Counted from the first letter of the stretch, positions 19,325-28,961 are shown. The stretch is 64,000 nt of DNA from an uncultured Rikenellaceae bacterium (GCA_964446825.1 CAYUQR010000003.1:69971-133970); one strand, 5' to 3'. Translations and numbers: made by a program. Notes: a model not told the origin generated them from the letters alone.

Positions 19325-20614
19325 ATGTATAATAAACTAGTAAATAAGAAGACAAGACTTTCTGTCGTTGGTCTCGGCTATGTTGGACTGCCTATTGCGC
19401 TTGAGTTTGCTAAACAAATTAAAGTGGTAGGATTTGATATTAAGCCCGACAGGGTTGAACTTATGAAAAAAGGCATAGACCCAAGCGCCGAACTGAAATC
19501 TGAAGCATTTACGGGAACAGATATTATCCTTACCAGCGATCCGGCTGACCTCAAAACAGCTTCGTTCCATATTATTGCAGTTCCCACTCCTACCAACAGG
19601 AATAATCTTCCCGATCTTACCCCTGTTCTGGGGGCATCCGAAACTGTCGGAAGAATCCTGAAGAAAGGTGATTATGTTGTTTATGAATCAACTGTCTATC
19701 CCGGCTGTACCGAAGATGATTGCATACCGATACTGGAAAGGTATTCAGGTTTAAAATGCGGCAGGGACTTCAAGGTGGGATTTTCTCCTGAAAGAATTAA
19801 CCCGGGTGATACAAACCATACACTGACAAAAATTGTCAAAGTTACAAGTGGCTGCGATGCAGAATCTGCTGAAAACATAGCCAGGGTCTATGAACTGATA
19901 ATCAAAGCAGGAGTGCACCGCGCCAGTTCAATAAAGGTTGCAGAGTCTGCAAAAATCATCGAAAATACCCAGCGCGATATCAATATCGCCTTCATGAATG
20001 AGCTCTCAATTATATTTAACAGACTGGGAGTCAATACATATGAAGTGCTTGAAGCAGCCGGCACAAAATGGAATTTCCTTAAGTTTTACCCGGGCCTGGT
20101 TGGCGGACATTGTATAGGCGTTGACCCATACTATTTGTCATACAAAGCAAAATCGCTGGGTTATCACCCTCAGATAATCGATTCAGGAAGATTTGTAAAT
20201 GACAGTATGGGAAGGTATATCGGAAAACAGACTGTCAAAAAAATTATTGCTGCAGACAAAAACCTGAAGGGAGTCCGTGTGCTTGTTATGGGAATCACTT
20301 TTAAGGAAGATGTTACCGATATCCGTAATTCAAAAGTAGCTGATGTTATCAGTGAACTTGATGATTTCGGGATTGCAGTTGACGTAATTGATCCTGGCGC
20401 CGGGTTCCATGAAGTGAAAGAGGAATATGGAATTGAAATGAAAAAACAACCTTCCGGAAAATACGATGCTGTTATTTTGGCTGTATGCCACAAAGAATAC
20501 TTAAAGCTGGATGAATCTTTTTTTACCTCTCTTCTCAATAAGGATGGTATCGTGGTAGATGTAAAAGGAGTATTACGCGGAAAAATTAAGAATCATGCCT
20601 ACTGGAGCCTCTAG
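19325..20614 (+). CDS. wbpA: UDP-N-acetyl-sugar 6-dehydrogenase (WbpA/TviB-like)
   Basis: ORF 19265..20614 trimmed to ATG 19325 (MYNKLVNKKTRLSVVGLGYVGLPIALEFA). Catalytic GGHCIGVDPYY. Confidence 0.8.
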   Translation: MYNKLVNKKTRLSVVGLGYVGLPIALEFAKQIKVVGFDIKPDRVELMKKGIDPSAELKSEAFTGTDIILTSDPADLKTASFHIIAVPTPTNRNNLPDLTPVLGASETVGRILKKGDYVVYESTVYPGCTEDDCIPILERYSGLKCGRDFKVGFSPERINPGDTNHTLTKIVKVTSGCDAESAENIARVYELIIKAGVHRASSIKVAESAKIIENTQRDINIAFMNELSIIFNRLGVNTYEVLEAAGTKWNFLKFYPGLVGGHCIGVDPYYLSYKAKSLGYHPQIIDSGRFVNDSMGRYIGKQTVKKIIAADKNLKGVRVLVMGITFKEDVTDIRNSKVADVISELDDFGIAVDVIDPGAGFHEVKEEYGIEMKKQPSGKYDAVILAVCHKEYLKLDESFFTSLLNKDGIVVDVKGVLRGKIKNHAYWSL

Positions 20615-21643
20615 ATGAAAAAGAAGATCCTTGTAACCGGGGGAACGGGATATATAGGTTCGCATACTTCCGTTGAACTGATAGAAGAAGGTTTCGATGT
20701 TATAATCGTTGATAACCTCTACAACTCTGAAGCTGAGGTTGCTGACAGGATCAAAATGATAACCGGTACCCGGCCTGCCCTGGAAGTATTCGATCTGTGC
20801 GACAACAAAAAGCTGGACAGATTTTTCCAAAAACATAAAGATATCACTTCAATAATCCATTTTGCAGCTTATAAGGCTGTAGGGGAATCCGTTAATAAAC
20901 CGCTTGAGTATTACCGGAATAATATTTTATCGCTTATTAATCTGTTGGATGCCATGAAACGTTTTGGCATTTCTGACTTTGTTTTTTCATCTTCATGCAC
21001 TGTTTACGGGCAACCTGAGAAACTGCCTGTGACTGAAGACTCACCTCTTCAGCCTGCTACTTCGCCTTATGGAAATACTAAGCAGATAGGTGAAGCAATC
21101 ATCAGGGATACAACTGTTGCCGACAAAAAAATAAAAGCTGTTTCATTAAGGTATTTTAACCCTATAGGTGCACATCCGTCTGCCCTGATAGGGGAACTCC
21201 CCAGGGGTGTTCCTGAGAATCTTGTGCCATATATAACCCAGACGGCATCCGGCATAAGAGATGAGTTAAAAGTATTCGGCGATGATTACGATACACCCGA
21301 CGGTTCATGTATAAGAGACTATCTGCATGTTGTAGATCTCGCAAAAGCTCATGTTGTGGCTGTAAAAAGGCTTATGGAGAACAGAAACAGGGACAACTTT
21401 GAAGTATTTAATCTCGGAACCGGCAAGGGAGTCTCTGTACTTGAAGCCATCAATTCATTTGAACGGGTTAGCGGAGTTAAGTTAAAGTACAGGATCACAG
21501 AGAGAAGGGCCGGGGATATTGAAAAGATCTGGGCCGATCCTTCATATGCAAACAGGGAACTGGGCTGGAGAACACTAAGTTCTCTCGATGAAGCTATGAA
21601 AACTGCGTGGGAGTGGGAAAAGAAAATCAGGAACAAGAAATGA
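20615..21643 (+). CDS. galE: UDP-glucose 4-epimerase
   Basis: 342 aa. ILVTGGTGYIGSHT, SSSCTVYG, YGNTK. Confidence 0.9.
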   Translation: MKKKILVTGGTGYIGSHTSVELIEEGFDVIIVDNLYNSEAEVADRIKMITGTRPALEVFDLCDNKKLDRFFQKHKDITSIIHFAAYKAVGESVNKPLEYYRNNILSLINLLDAMKRFGISDFVFSSSCTVYGQPEKLPVTEDSPLQPATSPYGNTKQIGEAIIRDTTVADKKIKAVSLRYFNPIGAHPSALIGELPRGVPENLVPYITQTASGIRDELKVFGDDYDTPDGSCIRDYLHVVDLAKAHVVAVKRLMENRNRDNFEVFNLGTGKGVSVLEAINSFERVSGVKLKYRITERRAGDIEKIWADPSYANRELGWRTLSSLDEAMKTAWEWEKKIRNKK

Positions 21644-21648
21644 TTATC

Positions 21649-22704
21649 ATGAAAAAAACAATTCTTATAACCGGGGGCGCCGGATTTATCGGTTCGCATG
21701 TAGTCAGAAGGTTCGTAAACAATTACCCCGATTATCTTATTGTAAATGCAGATAAGCTTACCTATGCCGGCAATCTCGAAAACCTCACTGAAATTGAGAC
21801 AAAGGCGAATTACAGGTTTGAAAAAATCGATATAGTGCATAAACAGAATGTCCTCGATCTCTTTAATAAATATGATTTCGACGGGGTGATCCATCTTGCT
21901 GCGGAATCGCATGTTGACCGGTCCATCACAGGTCCCGATGAATTTGTGTTTACAAATATTGTCGGAACTGTTAACCTGCTGAATGTTTCTCTGAACAGCT
22001 GGAAAAATGCCTTTAAAGGAAAGCTGTTCTATCATATATCTACCGATGAAGTTTACGGGTCGCTGGGAAAAGAGGGCTTGTTCACGGAAGAGACCGCCTA
22101 CGATCCGAAAAGTCCCTATTCAGCATCCAAGGCGAGTTCTGATCATATGGTAAGAGCATATAATCATACCTTCGGACTCCCCGCAGTGATCTCAAACTGC
22201 TCAAATAATTACGGGCCTAACCAGTTCCCCGAAAAGCTCATACCTCTTGCAATTAATAACATTAAGAACAATAAGCCTGTTCCCGTTTACGGAAAAGGCG
22301 AAAATATTCGCGACTGGCTTTATGTTGAAGATCATGCCTCTGCAATCGACCTGATATTTCATCGCGGGAAAATAGGTGATACCTATAATATAGGAGGTAA
22401 TAACGAATGGAAAAATATTGACCTGATAAAACTTCTCTGCACTATTATGGATAAAAAGCTTAACCGGGCATCAGGCAGTTCGGAAAAACTTATTTCATTT
22501 GTTACAGACAGGCCGGGACATGATATGAGATATGCCATCGACTCTTCCAAGTTACAAAATGAACTGAGCTGGTCGCCCATACCCGAATTTGCCGAAGGCC
22601 TTGAAAGAACAGTGGAATGGTATCTTGCCAATACAAAATGGATGGACAGGGTTTTGTCGGGCGATTACAGTAAGTATTATGAAATGATGTACTCGGGCAG
22701 GTAA
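21649..22704 (+). CDS. rfbB: dTDP-glucose 4,6-dehydratase
   Basis: ORF 21607..22704 trimmed to MKKTILITGGAGFIGSH. HISTDEVYG, YSASKASSD. Confidence 0.9.
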   Translation: MKKTILITGGAGFIGSHVVRRFVNNYPDYLIVNADKLTYAGNLENLTEIETKANYRFEKIDIVHKQNVLDLFNKYDFDGVIHLAAESHVDRSITGPDEFVFTNIVGTVNLLNVSLNSWKNAFKGKLFYHISTDEVYGSLGKEGLFTEETAYDPKSPYSASKASSDHMVRAYNHTFGLPAVISNCSNNYGPNQFPEKLIPLAINNIKNNKPVPVYGKGENIRDWLYVEDHASAIDLIFHRGKIGDTYNIGGNNEWKNIDLIKLLCTIMDKKLNRASGSSEKLISFVTDRPGHDMRYAIDSSKLQNELSWSPIPEFAEGLERTVEWYLANTKWMDRVLSGDYSKYYEMMYSGR

Positions 22705-22708
22705 TCCC

Positions 22709-24709
22709 CTATTTTGTTATCTTCCTCATCCTTTCAATTAACTCATCACCAAGAGCCGTCTTATTTTTTATATGCTGTCTGATTGCAGAAACGACGGTGT
22801 TAGATTCAAATTCACCCCTGACCTGCTCAAAATCCTGCCGCTTTATGTCATCACCACCGTCTATACCAAATCCTGTCATCGACGATAATGTAAATTCTTT
22901 CCTGGCATCTTCATAGAGAAGGTTATCCAGATCAACAACACTTTTTTTCCATTTTTCAACGATCTCAATCACATTTTCAGCCGTCAGCCTATCAATTGAG
23001 ATCCCCGATTCCTCTTCAATCCTCTCACATGCCCATGTCCATTCCCACTCGTAATAGGACTTTTGCATAAATGCAAATGCTTCCCAAAGCCTGCTGATTG
23101 GATCAATCCTGCCTGATTCAATTTCATCAAGCAGCCCGTCCACTTCTGCCTTTGGTGTAATCAGGCCCGCAAGATCAATCCACTCTCCCTTTCCGGTATC
23201 ATTATCGGGGGCAAGTCTTTTCCTGAGCTCTTCATTGGTCTTAAAATCAGTATTTTCAAGCCGCTTAATTAATGAATTGCCAAGGAATTTATTTATACCG
23301 GTCTGGTAAAGGGCTATTCCCCTTTCGAGTGATGAGGCTGTTATTTTCATACTATTGTAGGAGAAGACAGAAGTTCCTTCAGAGGCGCTGCTCCTGATTT
23401 TTTGCAACAGCTCCCTCCCTTCCAGCATTTTACGGATTGTATATGGGCTTAAGAGGTTAAAATTTACCTGGTCTATCTTTACCGGGTCTTTTCTTCTGTC
23501 GCGTACAGGCCATTTCTGAGCATCCCTGATAGTACCGACACTCCGGAGATTAATTCCCGGCACCAGAATGCTTTCATCATTACTCTCAATAAGGTATGAA
23601 AAAGGCAGGGAAGAAGTGTCAAGGTTTTTATAATGGCGTCCCATAACCAGGGTATACGGACCAATACGTGCGGGCCATAACAGGTATGAGTCGCTGGTAG
23701 TCTTGGAGCCCCTTTCCATGATTCCCTGGTGGATAGGACCAAGTTTGTACATATGATTACTCTGGTTGGAACCACTGCCGGCATTCATAAATGAAAATAT
23801 TCCTGCAATAAGAAGTGTTGATTTATGATGAGTTACGGTGTAAGGGCCTGCGAATATTGAACATGCTTCACCGTGATAACCTCCGCAGTTGGCAAAAAAC
23901 AGTGAATTCTCGGCTGAATAATGTTTTGAAAGGACGCATCCCTGTCCAATAAAACATTTATCTATAAGAGTGGATTCCGAGACAACTGATCCCGAACAGA
24001 TAATAAAATGTTCCATTATTACACCGGGCCCTATGAAAACCGGATCCTCACTGCAACTGTTAACAGATCCCTCATTCAGAGTTATTGCTCCGTCGGCATG
24101 GCTGTAAGGGCTAAATCTCACATTGCGTATATTGCTGCAGTTAAATATCCGTGAATTATGTCCTATTCTGCCTTTATCTGACCTCAGTGTGGCAGCATAA
24201 TCGTCCACCATCTTCTCTATGATATTAACTGCCGCACTCCGGTGCCGGTAAAGTGCAATTATGTATGCTTCGTGAGCCGATAGCCTGTCCCACATTTTAA
24301 CGGCCCGTCCTCCTGTTTCATTAAGTACTGAAATGGAAAGACCATTGCCAAAAGTAGTAATGCCATCAGTATGAATCTTTCCGCAATTCTTTATAACAAC
24401 CCTGTCTTCAATAAGGTAATTCGCAATATAATCGCCTATATTACTGATTATCACATCTGATCCCACAATGCAGTTATGAAGCCGTGCGTTATAAATTCCG
24501 GCGGGCATCATTACGCCTGACTCATCAGTATAAGGATCTTTAAAAATGCCAAGGAAGATATCCCCTGAAAATATGACATTAATGCAATGAGCCGGATTAA
24601 AGCCGTCGAGAACCATAACTTTTTCCCAGTCGTCGCATCGGCAATTATTAAGTTTCAGGTGTTCAGTTTCCGATTTAGTTAAATTGCGATATTCTCCTTT
24701 TGATGCCAT
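22709..24709 (-). CDS. large beta-helix-like protein of unknown function (DUF4954-like as recalled)
   Basis: 666 aa. N-terminus NLTKSETEHLKLNNCRCDDWEKV, a long stretch of short hydrophobic/Gly/Asn periodic segments, helical C-terminal third. Co-directional with glmS. Confidence 0.5.
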   Translation of the reverse strand: MASKGEYRNLTKSETEHLKLNNCRCDDWEKVMVLDGFNPAHCINVIFSGDIFLGIFKDPYTDESGVMMPAGIYNARLHNCIVGSDVIISNIGDYIANYLIEDRVVIKNCGKIHTDGITTFGNGLSISVLNETGGRAVKMWDRLSAHEAYIIALYRHRSAAVNIIEKMVDDYAATLRSDKGRIGHNSRIFNCSNIRNVRFSPYSHADGAITLNEGSVNSCSEDPVFIGPGVIMEHFIICSGSVVSESTLIDKCFIGQGCVLSKHYSAENSLFFANCGGYHGEACSIFAGPYTVTHHKSTLLIAGIFSFMNAGSGSNQSNHMYKLGPIHQGIMERGSKTTSDSYLLWPARIGPYTLVMGRHYKNLDTSSLPFSYLIESNDESILVPGINLRSVGTIRDAQKWPVRDRRKDPVKIDQVNFNLLSPYTIRKMLEGRELLQKIRSSASEGTSVFSYNSMKITASSLERGIALYQTGINKFLGNSLIKRLENTDFKTNEELRKRLAPDNDTGKGEWIDLAGLITPKAEVDGLLDEIESGRIDPISRLWEAFAFMQKSYYEWEWTWACERIEEESGISIDRLTAENVIEIVEKWKKSVVDLDNLLYEDARKEFTLSSMTGFGIDGGDDIKRQDFEQVRGEFESNTVVSAIRQHIKNKTALGDELIERMRKITK

Positions 24710-24728
24710 TTTATCAGCGATTTGCTCT

Positions 24729-24766
24729 CCTTCCCTTAGCCTTAAGGGAAGGGGTTGGGGGATGGG
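24729..24766. repeat. GC-rich hairpin plus G-run, resembling half of the 13.1-13.3 kb element
   Basis: CCTTCCCTTA-GCCT-TAAGGGAAGG (10-bp stem 24729-24738/24743-24752) followed by GGTTGGGGGATGGG. Confidence 0.6.
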
Positions 24767-26602
24767 TTATTCAACCGTTACAGATTTTGCAAGGTTCCTG
24801 GGCTGATCCACATCGCATCCTCTCAAAACAGCAATATGATAAGAGAGCAGCTGAAGAGGTATAACTGCAAGCAAGCCTGAAAAGACAGAAAGTGTTTCCG
24901 GTACCTCAAGAACATAATCAGCCATTTTCCTGATTATCTCATCCCCTTCGGTAACGATAGCTATAACCTTTCCTTTCCTTGCTTTAATCTCCTGTATATT
25001 ACTGATTATCTTTTCGTAAGTATCATCTTTAGTTGCAACCACCACAGCCGGCATATTATCATCAATCAGCGCAATGGGACCATGTTTCATTTCAGCTGCG
25101 GGATAACCCTCAGCATGAATATATGAGATCTCCTTAAGTTTAAGTGCGCCTTCCAGCGCAACCGGGAAGAGATAACCTCTTCCAAGATACAGAGCATTAT
25201 GAGTGTTTTGAAATACCTTTGCAAGTTCAAGAGCCTGGTCGTTAACTGCCAGTGCTTTTTCTATCTTACCCGGTATTGATGCCAGCTCGGTTATCAGGCT
25301 TTTATATGCAGCATCGGAAATGATCCCTTTTTTATGTCCGATAACAAAAGCCATCATTGCAAGTACGGTGACCTGTGTGGTAAAAGCTTTGGTTGACGCA
25401 ACGCCTATTTCGGGTCCGGCGTGAGTATAAACTCCTGCATCTGTTTCCCTGGGTATACTGCTGCCAACCACATTGCATATTCCAAGCACTTTTGCATCTT
25501 TTTCCTTTGCAAGCCTGACGGCGGCCAGGGTATCTGCTGTTTCTCCACTCTGGCTTATGGCGATAACAATATCCCCTTTCTTAATAACGGGGTTTCTGTA
25601 CCTGAATTCCGAGGCATATTCCACCTCAACCGGAATACGGGTGTACTCCTCAAACATATATTCACCAAGAAGGCCGGCATGCCATGAGGTACCACACGCT
25701 ATAATTATTATTCTCTCAGCTTCGGATATTGTATCGAGGAGGTCGTGAAGTCCGCCCAGCATTATCCCTGAATAATCAGGCAATACCCTGCCCCTGAAAG
25801 TATCGTGTATAGCTCTTGGTTGCTCAAATATTTCCTTTAACATGAAATGAGCATATCCTTCTTTATCTATCTCCCCGATCTTAAGGTCCAGTTCCTTTAC
25901 TTCCGGCTGGAACTTTTCGGTTCTGATCGTTTTAAGAACAAGCTCATCTTTTTTAATTATAGCAATATCGTCATCCTTAAGGTAAATAACCCGCTGGGTA
26001 TACTCAACAATGGGAGTGGCATCAGAAGCAACGAAGTTTTCACCTTCTCCCACACCTATTACCAGGGGGCTTCCTTTTTTTGCAGCAAATAGTTTCTCGG
26101 GTTCGCGGGTACAGATTATGACCAGACCATATGCCCCTTCAACCCTGTTGAGGGCGAGCGTTATTGCCTGTTCTGCTGTGAGGTCTCCTTCAAGGTACAT
26201 ATGTTCCATAAGATTGGCAAGAACTTCCGTATCTGTCTGGCTTGAGAATTTTACATTACGGCTTTCGAGATGTTTCTTCAGAGTAGAATAATTCTCAATG
26301 ATCCCGTTATGTACAACAACAAAATTACCATGTTGTGAAGCCTGGGGATGAGCATTAAGTTCATTAGGTTCTCCATGAGTGGCCCACCTGGTATGCCCCA
26401 TTCCGGTTGTGCCGTCAAAACTCGACTTCTCAACCATTGCTTCAAGATCTTTCACTCTTCCCGCACATTTAAAGATCCTGGTTTCCCCGTTAACGAGAGC
26501 CATTCCTGCAGAGTCATATCCACGATATTCCAGCCTCTTCAGACCATTAATAATTATCTCGCGGGCAGGCTTTGATCCTATATAACCAATTATTCCACAC
26601 AT
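24767..26602 (-). CDS. glmS: glutamine--fructose-6-phosphate aminotransferase
   Basis: 611 aa. MCGIIGY N-terminal nucleophile Cys, two SIS domains, C-terminal AKSVTVE. Confidence 0.95.
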   Translation of the reverse strand: MCGIIGYIGSKPAREIIINGLKRLEYRGYDSAGMALVNGETRIFKCAGRVKDLEAMVEKSSFDGTTGMGHTRWATHGEPNELNAHPQASQHGNFVVVHNGIIENYSTLKKHLESRNVKFSSQTDTEVLANLMEHMYLEGDLTAEQAITLALNRVEGAYGLVIICTREPEKLFAAKKGSPLVIGVGEGENFVASDATPIVEYTQRVIYLKDDDIAIIKKDELVLKTIRTEKFQPEVKELDLKIGEIDKEGYAHFMLKEIFEQPRAIHDTFRGRVLPDYSGIMLGGLHDLLDTISEAERIIIIACGTSWHAGLLGEYMFEEYTRIPVEVEYASEFRYRNPVIKKGDIVIAISQSGETADTLAAVRLAKEKDAKVLGICNVVGSSIPRETDAGVYTHAGPEIGVASTKAFTTQVTVLAMMAFVIGHKKGIISDAAYKSLITELASIPGKIEKALAVNDQALELAKVFQNTHNALYLGRGYLFPVALEGALKLKEISYIHAEGYPAAEMKHGPIALIDDNMPAVVVATKDDTYEKIISNIQEIKARKGKVIAIVTEGDEIIRKMADYVLEVPETLSVFSGLLAVIPLQLLSYHIAVLRGCDVDQPRNLAKSVTVE

Positions 26603-26657
26603 AATGTTAAGGCATTAAATCATTATGCGCGAATTTAGTAATTTTGGTTCACAAAAT

Positions 26658-28049
26658 CTAGAACTTAGTATAGGTAAATTCGAATTTAATGGGCGTTTTG
26701 CTGTTATTAGCCTTCAGAATCCCATTTTTTGTTCCTCCTCCAAGAAACAATTCAAGTTCAGGTTTAATAGTATCTGCAGTATCGCTAAAGTACTTCTGGA
26801 CAAACGCAGCAAGGTTGAAATTATACACATAGTTTAAAGTGTCAAGAGTTCCGTCATAGAATGAATGGTACGAATCAAGATTATAATCAGGAACCAGATA
26901 TTTATTACCTTCTGTTGTCTTATACCTGATATAGATAGGAGAAGGTGCTGTGGACATAATATACCGAACCCCGTCGAAAAATGCGGGAACGGTCAGTTTT
27001 GCCCTGTTGACGGCAATATTATTAAAATATGAATCACTTTTAAGAATGGCAAGACCGGATAAAGTGATTTTTGTAAAAGCACCGTTCATGGCCTGCACAT
27101 AGGAAAGAGTATCGCGGTATCCGTCATTTATATGTCCGATCTTAAGATCCGCGGTGGCAGTTGAAAAATTAAATGAGAACTTATTAAACGCAGCATTTTT
27201 GTTTGAAGCATCCAGAATTAAGTAGTATTGTTTAGCAAGACCATCAGGATCGTGCAAAAATATGACAAAATAATTTGAGTAATACCCAAGAGAACTGGGA
27301 GCGACACTTAACGAGATAAGCAGTGGATCCTCGTCGGGATCCATCTGGAAAAGCAATCCTTTAAAAAAGGCCCTGAAATCGGGTTTGGTGTTACTGTAAA
27401 ATAACTGTGTGGTGTCGCGTAAAAGATAATTACCAAATTCTATTCCGTTTTCAGGCAGCATAATACCAATATCATTTATTGTATCAGACTGCAGCTGCGG
27501 AAGTTCAATATCCGCCACTTCATAACCTGTAATATTAACAGGGGTATTTGAATAGTACGGCTGATTGGTATAAATCTCATCGGCTATCTCTGAAATCTTT
27601 ATTTTATGCAATATTCCAACACCGCCGCCCTTTACATCAAGCAGATGCAGGAATAATTTCACTGAATCCACAACAAAAGGCTGACCGTCCCATGCACCGC
27701 CCAGTCTCACCTGTGAAACAAATTCAGCTGTGGTGGTACCAAAATAATCATCATACAGGTGTCCGAGGAAAGAGGTAGCCGGATTATCAGTTTGTACCGA
27801 ATCTGTAAACATAGTATATGACCTTGCACTCAGGGTATCGATTGATTTGATTGTTACAAAATCACTTCCCGGCAGAAGGGAATTCCCTATTTTTGTCGGG
27901 TCTTCCAGACAGGAGGTTACAAAAAAAGCCACCAAAGAAAAGATTGTAAGGCGGATTATTTTATTTATTGTGTGAGATACAGAATAGAATCTGTGTGTAT
28001 ATCGGGAATTATAATAATATCTTGTCATAAAAATCATTATAGGCATCAA
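26658..28049 (-). CDS. lipoprotein of unknown function (DUF4270-like as recalled)
   Basis: 463 aa with lipobox FFVTSC. Start uncertain: several in-frame Met between 28028 and 28049, all overlapping the upstream gene. Confidence 0.45.
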   Translation of the reverse strand: MMPIMIFMTRYYYNSRYTHRFYSVSHTINKIIRLTIFSLVAFFVTSCLEDPTKIGNSLLPGSDFVTIKSIDTLSARSYTMFTDSVQTDNPATSFLGHLYDDYFGTTTAEFVSQVRLGGAWDGQPFVVDSVKLFLHLLDVKGGGVGILHKIKISEIADEIYTNQPYYSNTPVNITGYEVADIELPQLQSDTINDIGIMLPENGIEFGNYLLRDTTQLFYSNTKPDFRAFFKGLLFQMDPDEDPLLISLSVAPSSLGYYSNYFVIFLHDPDGLAKQYYLILDASNKNAAFNKFSFNFSTATADLKIGHINDGYRDTLSYVQAMNGAFTKITLSGLAILKSDSYFNNIAVNRAKLTVPAFFDGVRYIMSTAPSPIYIRYKTTEGNKYLVPDYNLDSYHSFYDGTLDTLNYVYNFNLAAFVQKYFSDTADTIKPELELFLGGGTKNGILKANNSKTPIKFEFTYTKF

Positions 28050-28815
28050 TATATTCGGTTTCGTCTTTGTAAGGGAGAACCGGTTTATTAATTGTACTGA
28101 TATAATTGGTCAACTCCTCATTTATTTTTTCGCTCCCGATAATGATCCCGTCAGAATATTTAATAGCCAGTTTTGACACATTGATAAAATCGGGGTTCTT
28201 TACCATCTTAATATTTTCCCCGTCTATCCCGTCGAAACGCAATTTGTCAGCGAATGTTGATCTAAACGGAGTTTTAAAATCATTATTGTAAATGGAATAG
28301 ATTATTTTATAATTATGAAACAGGGGATCATCATTGTAAATGCTGCGAAGGTAAACCGGCACCAGGGCTGACATCCATCCATGGCAATGAACAATATCCG
28401 GAGCCCAGCGCAGTTTCTTTACCGTTTCAATTACACCGCGGGCAAAGAATAATGCACGTTCATCATTGTCTTCAAATTCACGTCCCGAAGCATCGCTGAT
28501 AATATGTTTCCTCTGAAAATAATCGTCATTATCAATAAAATAGACCTGCATGCGGGCCGACTGAATTGAAGCAACTTTTATAATAAGGGGATGATCGGTA
28601 TCGTCAATTATAAGATTCATCCCTGAAAGACGGATGACCTCATGAAGCTGATTTCTTCTTTCATTAATACAACCATACCGTGGCATAAAAGTCCTGATCT
28701 CTTTACCCCTTTCCTGGATTCCCTGCGGGAGAAACCTTCCGATCTTCGACAACTTCGTTTCACCTAAGTATGGAGTGATCTCTTGAGAAATGAATAATAC
28801 CTTCCTGCTTTCCAT
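28009..28815 (-). CDS. short glycogen/starch-synthase-like protein (GT5 N-terminal half only)
   Basis: 268 aa. KVLFISQEITPYLGETKLSKIGRFLPQ aligns with the GlgA N-terminus but lacks KTGGL. No C-terminal GT domain. Confidence 0.7.
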   Translation of the reverse strand: MESRKVLFISQEITPYLGETKLSKIGRFLPQGIQERGKEIRTFMPRYGCINERRNQLHEVIRLSGMNLIIDDTDHPLIIKVASIQSARMQVYFIDNDDYFQRKHIISDASGREFEDNDERALFFARGVIETVKKLRWAPDIVHCHGWMSALVPVYLRSIYNDDPLFHNYKIIYSIYNNDFKTPFRSTFADKLRFDGIDGENIKMVKNPDFINVSKLAIKYSDGIIIGSEKINEELTNYISTINKPVLPYKDETEYIDAYNDFYDKILL

Positions 28816-28850
28816 TTACCTTCCTGGATATACCATTTCGATTCAAGGTG

Positions 28851-28858
28851 CAAAGATA
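28851..28858 (-). promoter_or_regulatory. -7 box TATCTTTG (glgA-like / DUF4270 / glmS / DUF4954 block)
   Basis: CAAAGATA on the plus strand, 35 nt upstream of ATG 28815. Confidence 0.45.
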
Positions 28859-28939
28859 GTAAAAAATAATAAGATTATGAAAATGCATAGAATCACCATA
28901 ATCTCTGCTGTCCCCGCATAAAGTGGCGAAAAATCATGT

Positions 28940-28947
28940 TAAGTTTG
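28940..28947 (+). promoter_or_regulatory. -7 box TAAGTTTG (panC)
   Basis: 14 nt upstream of ATG 28962. Confidence 0.45.
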
Positions 28948-28961
28948 TAAAAAAGATAAGA

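Noticed and set aside
21349-22035. 228-aa minus-strand ORF
   Set aside because: It is antisense across the galE/rfbB junction, and both sense genes are unambiguous.
26639-26646. Plus-strand TAATTTTG -7 box between glmS and the DUF4270-like gene
   Set aside because: Both neighbours are minus-strand genes and nothing plausible lies downstream on the plus strand. ORF 26625..26837 starts before the box and is antisense to a real gene.
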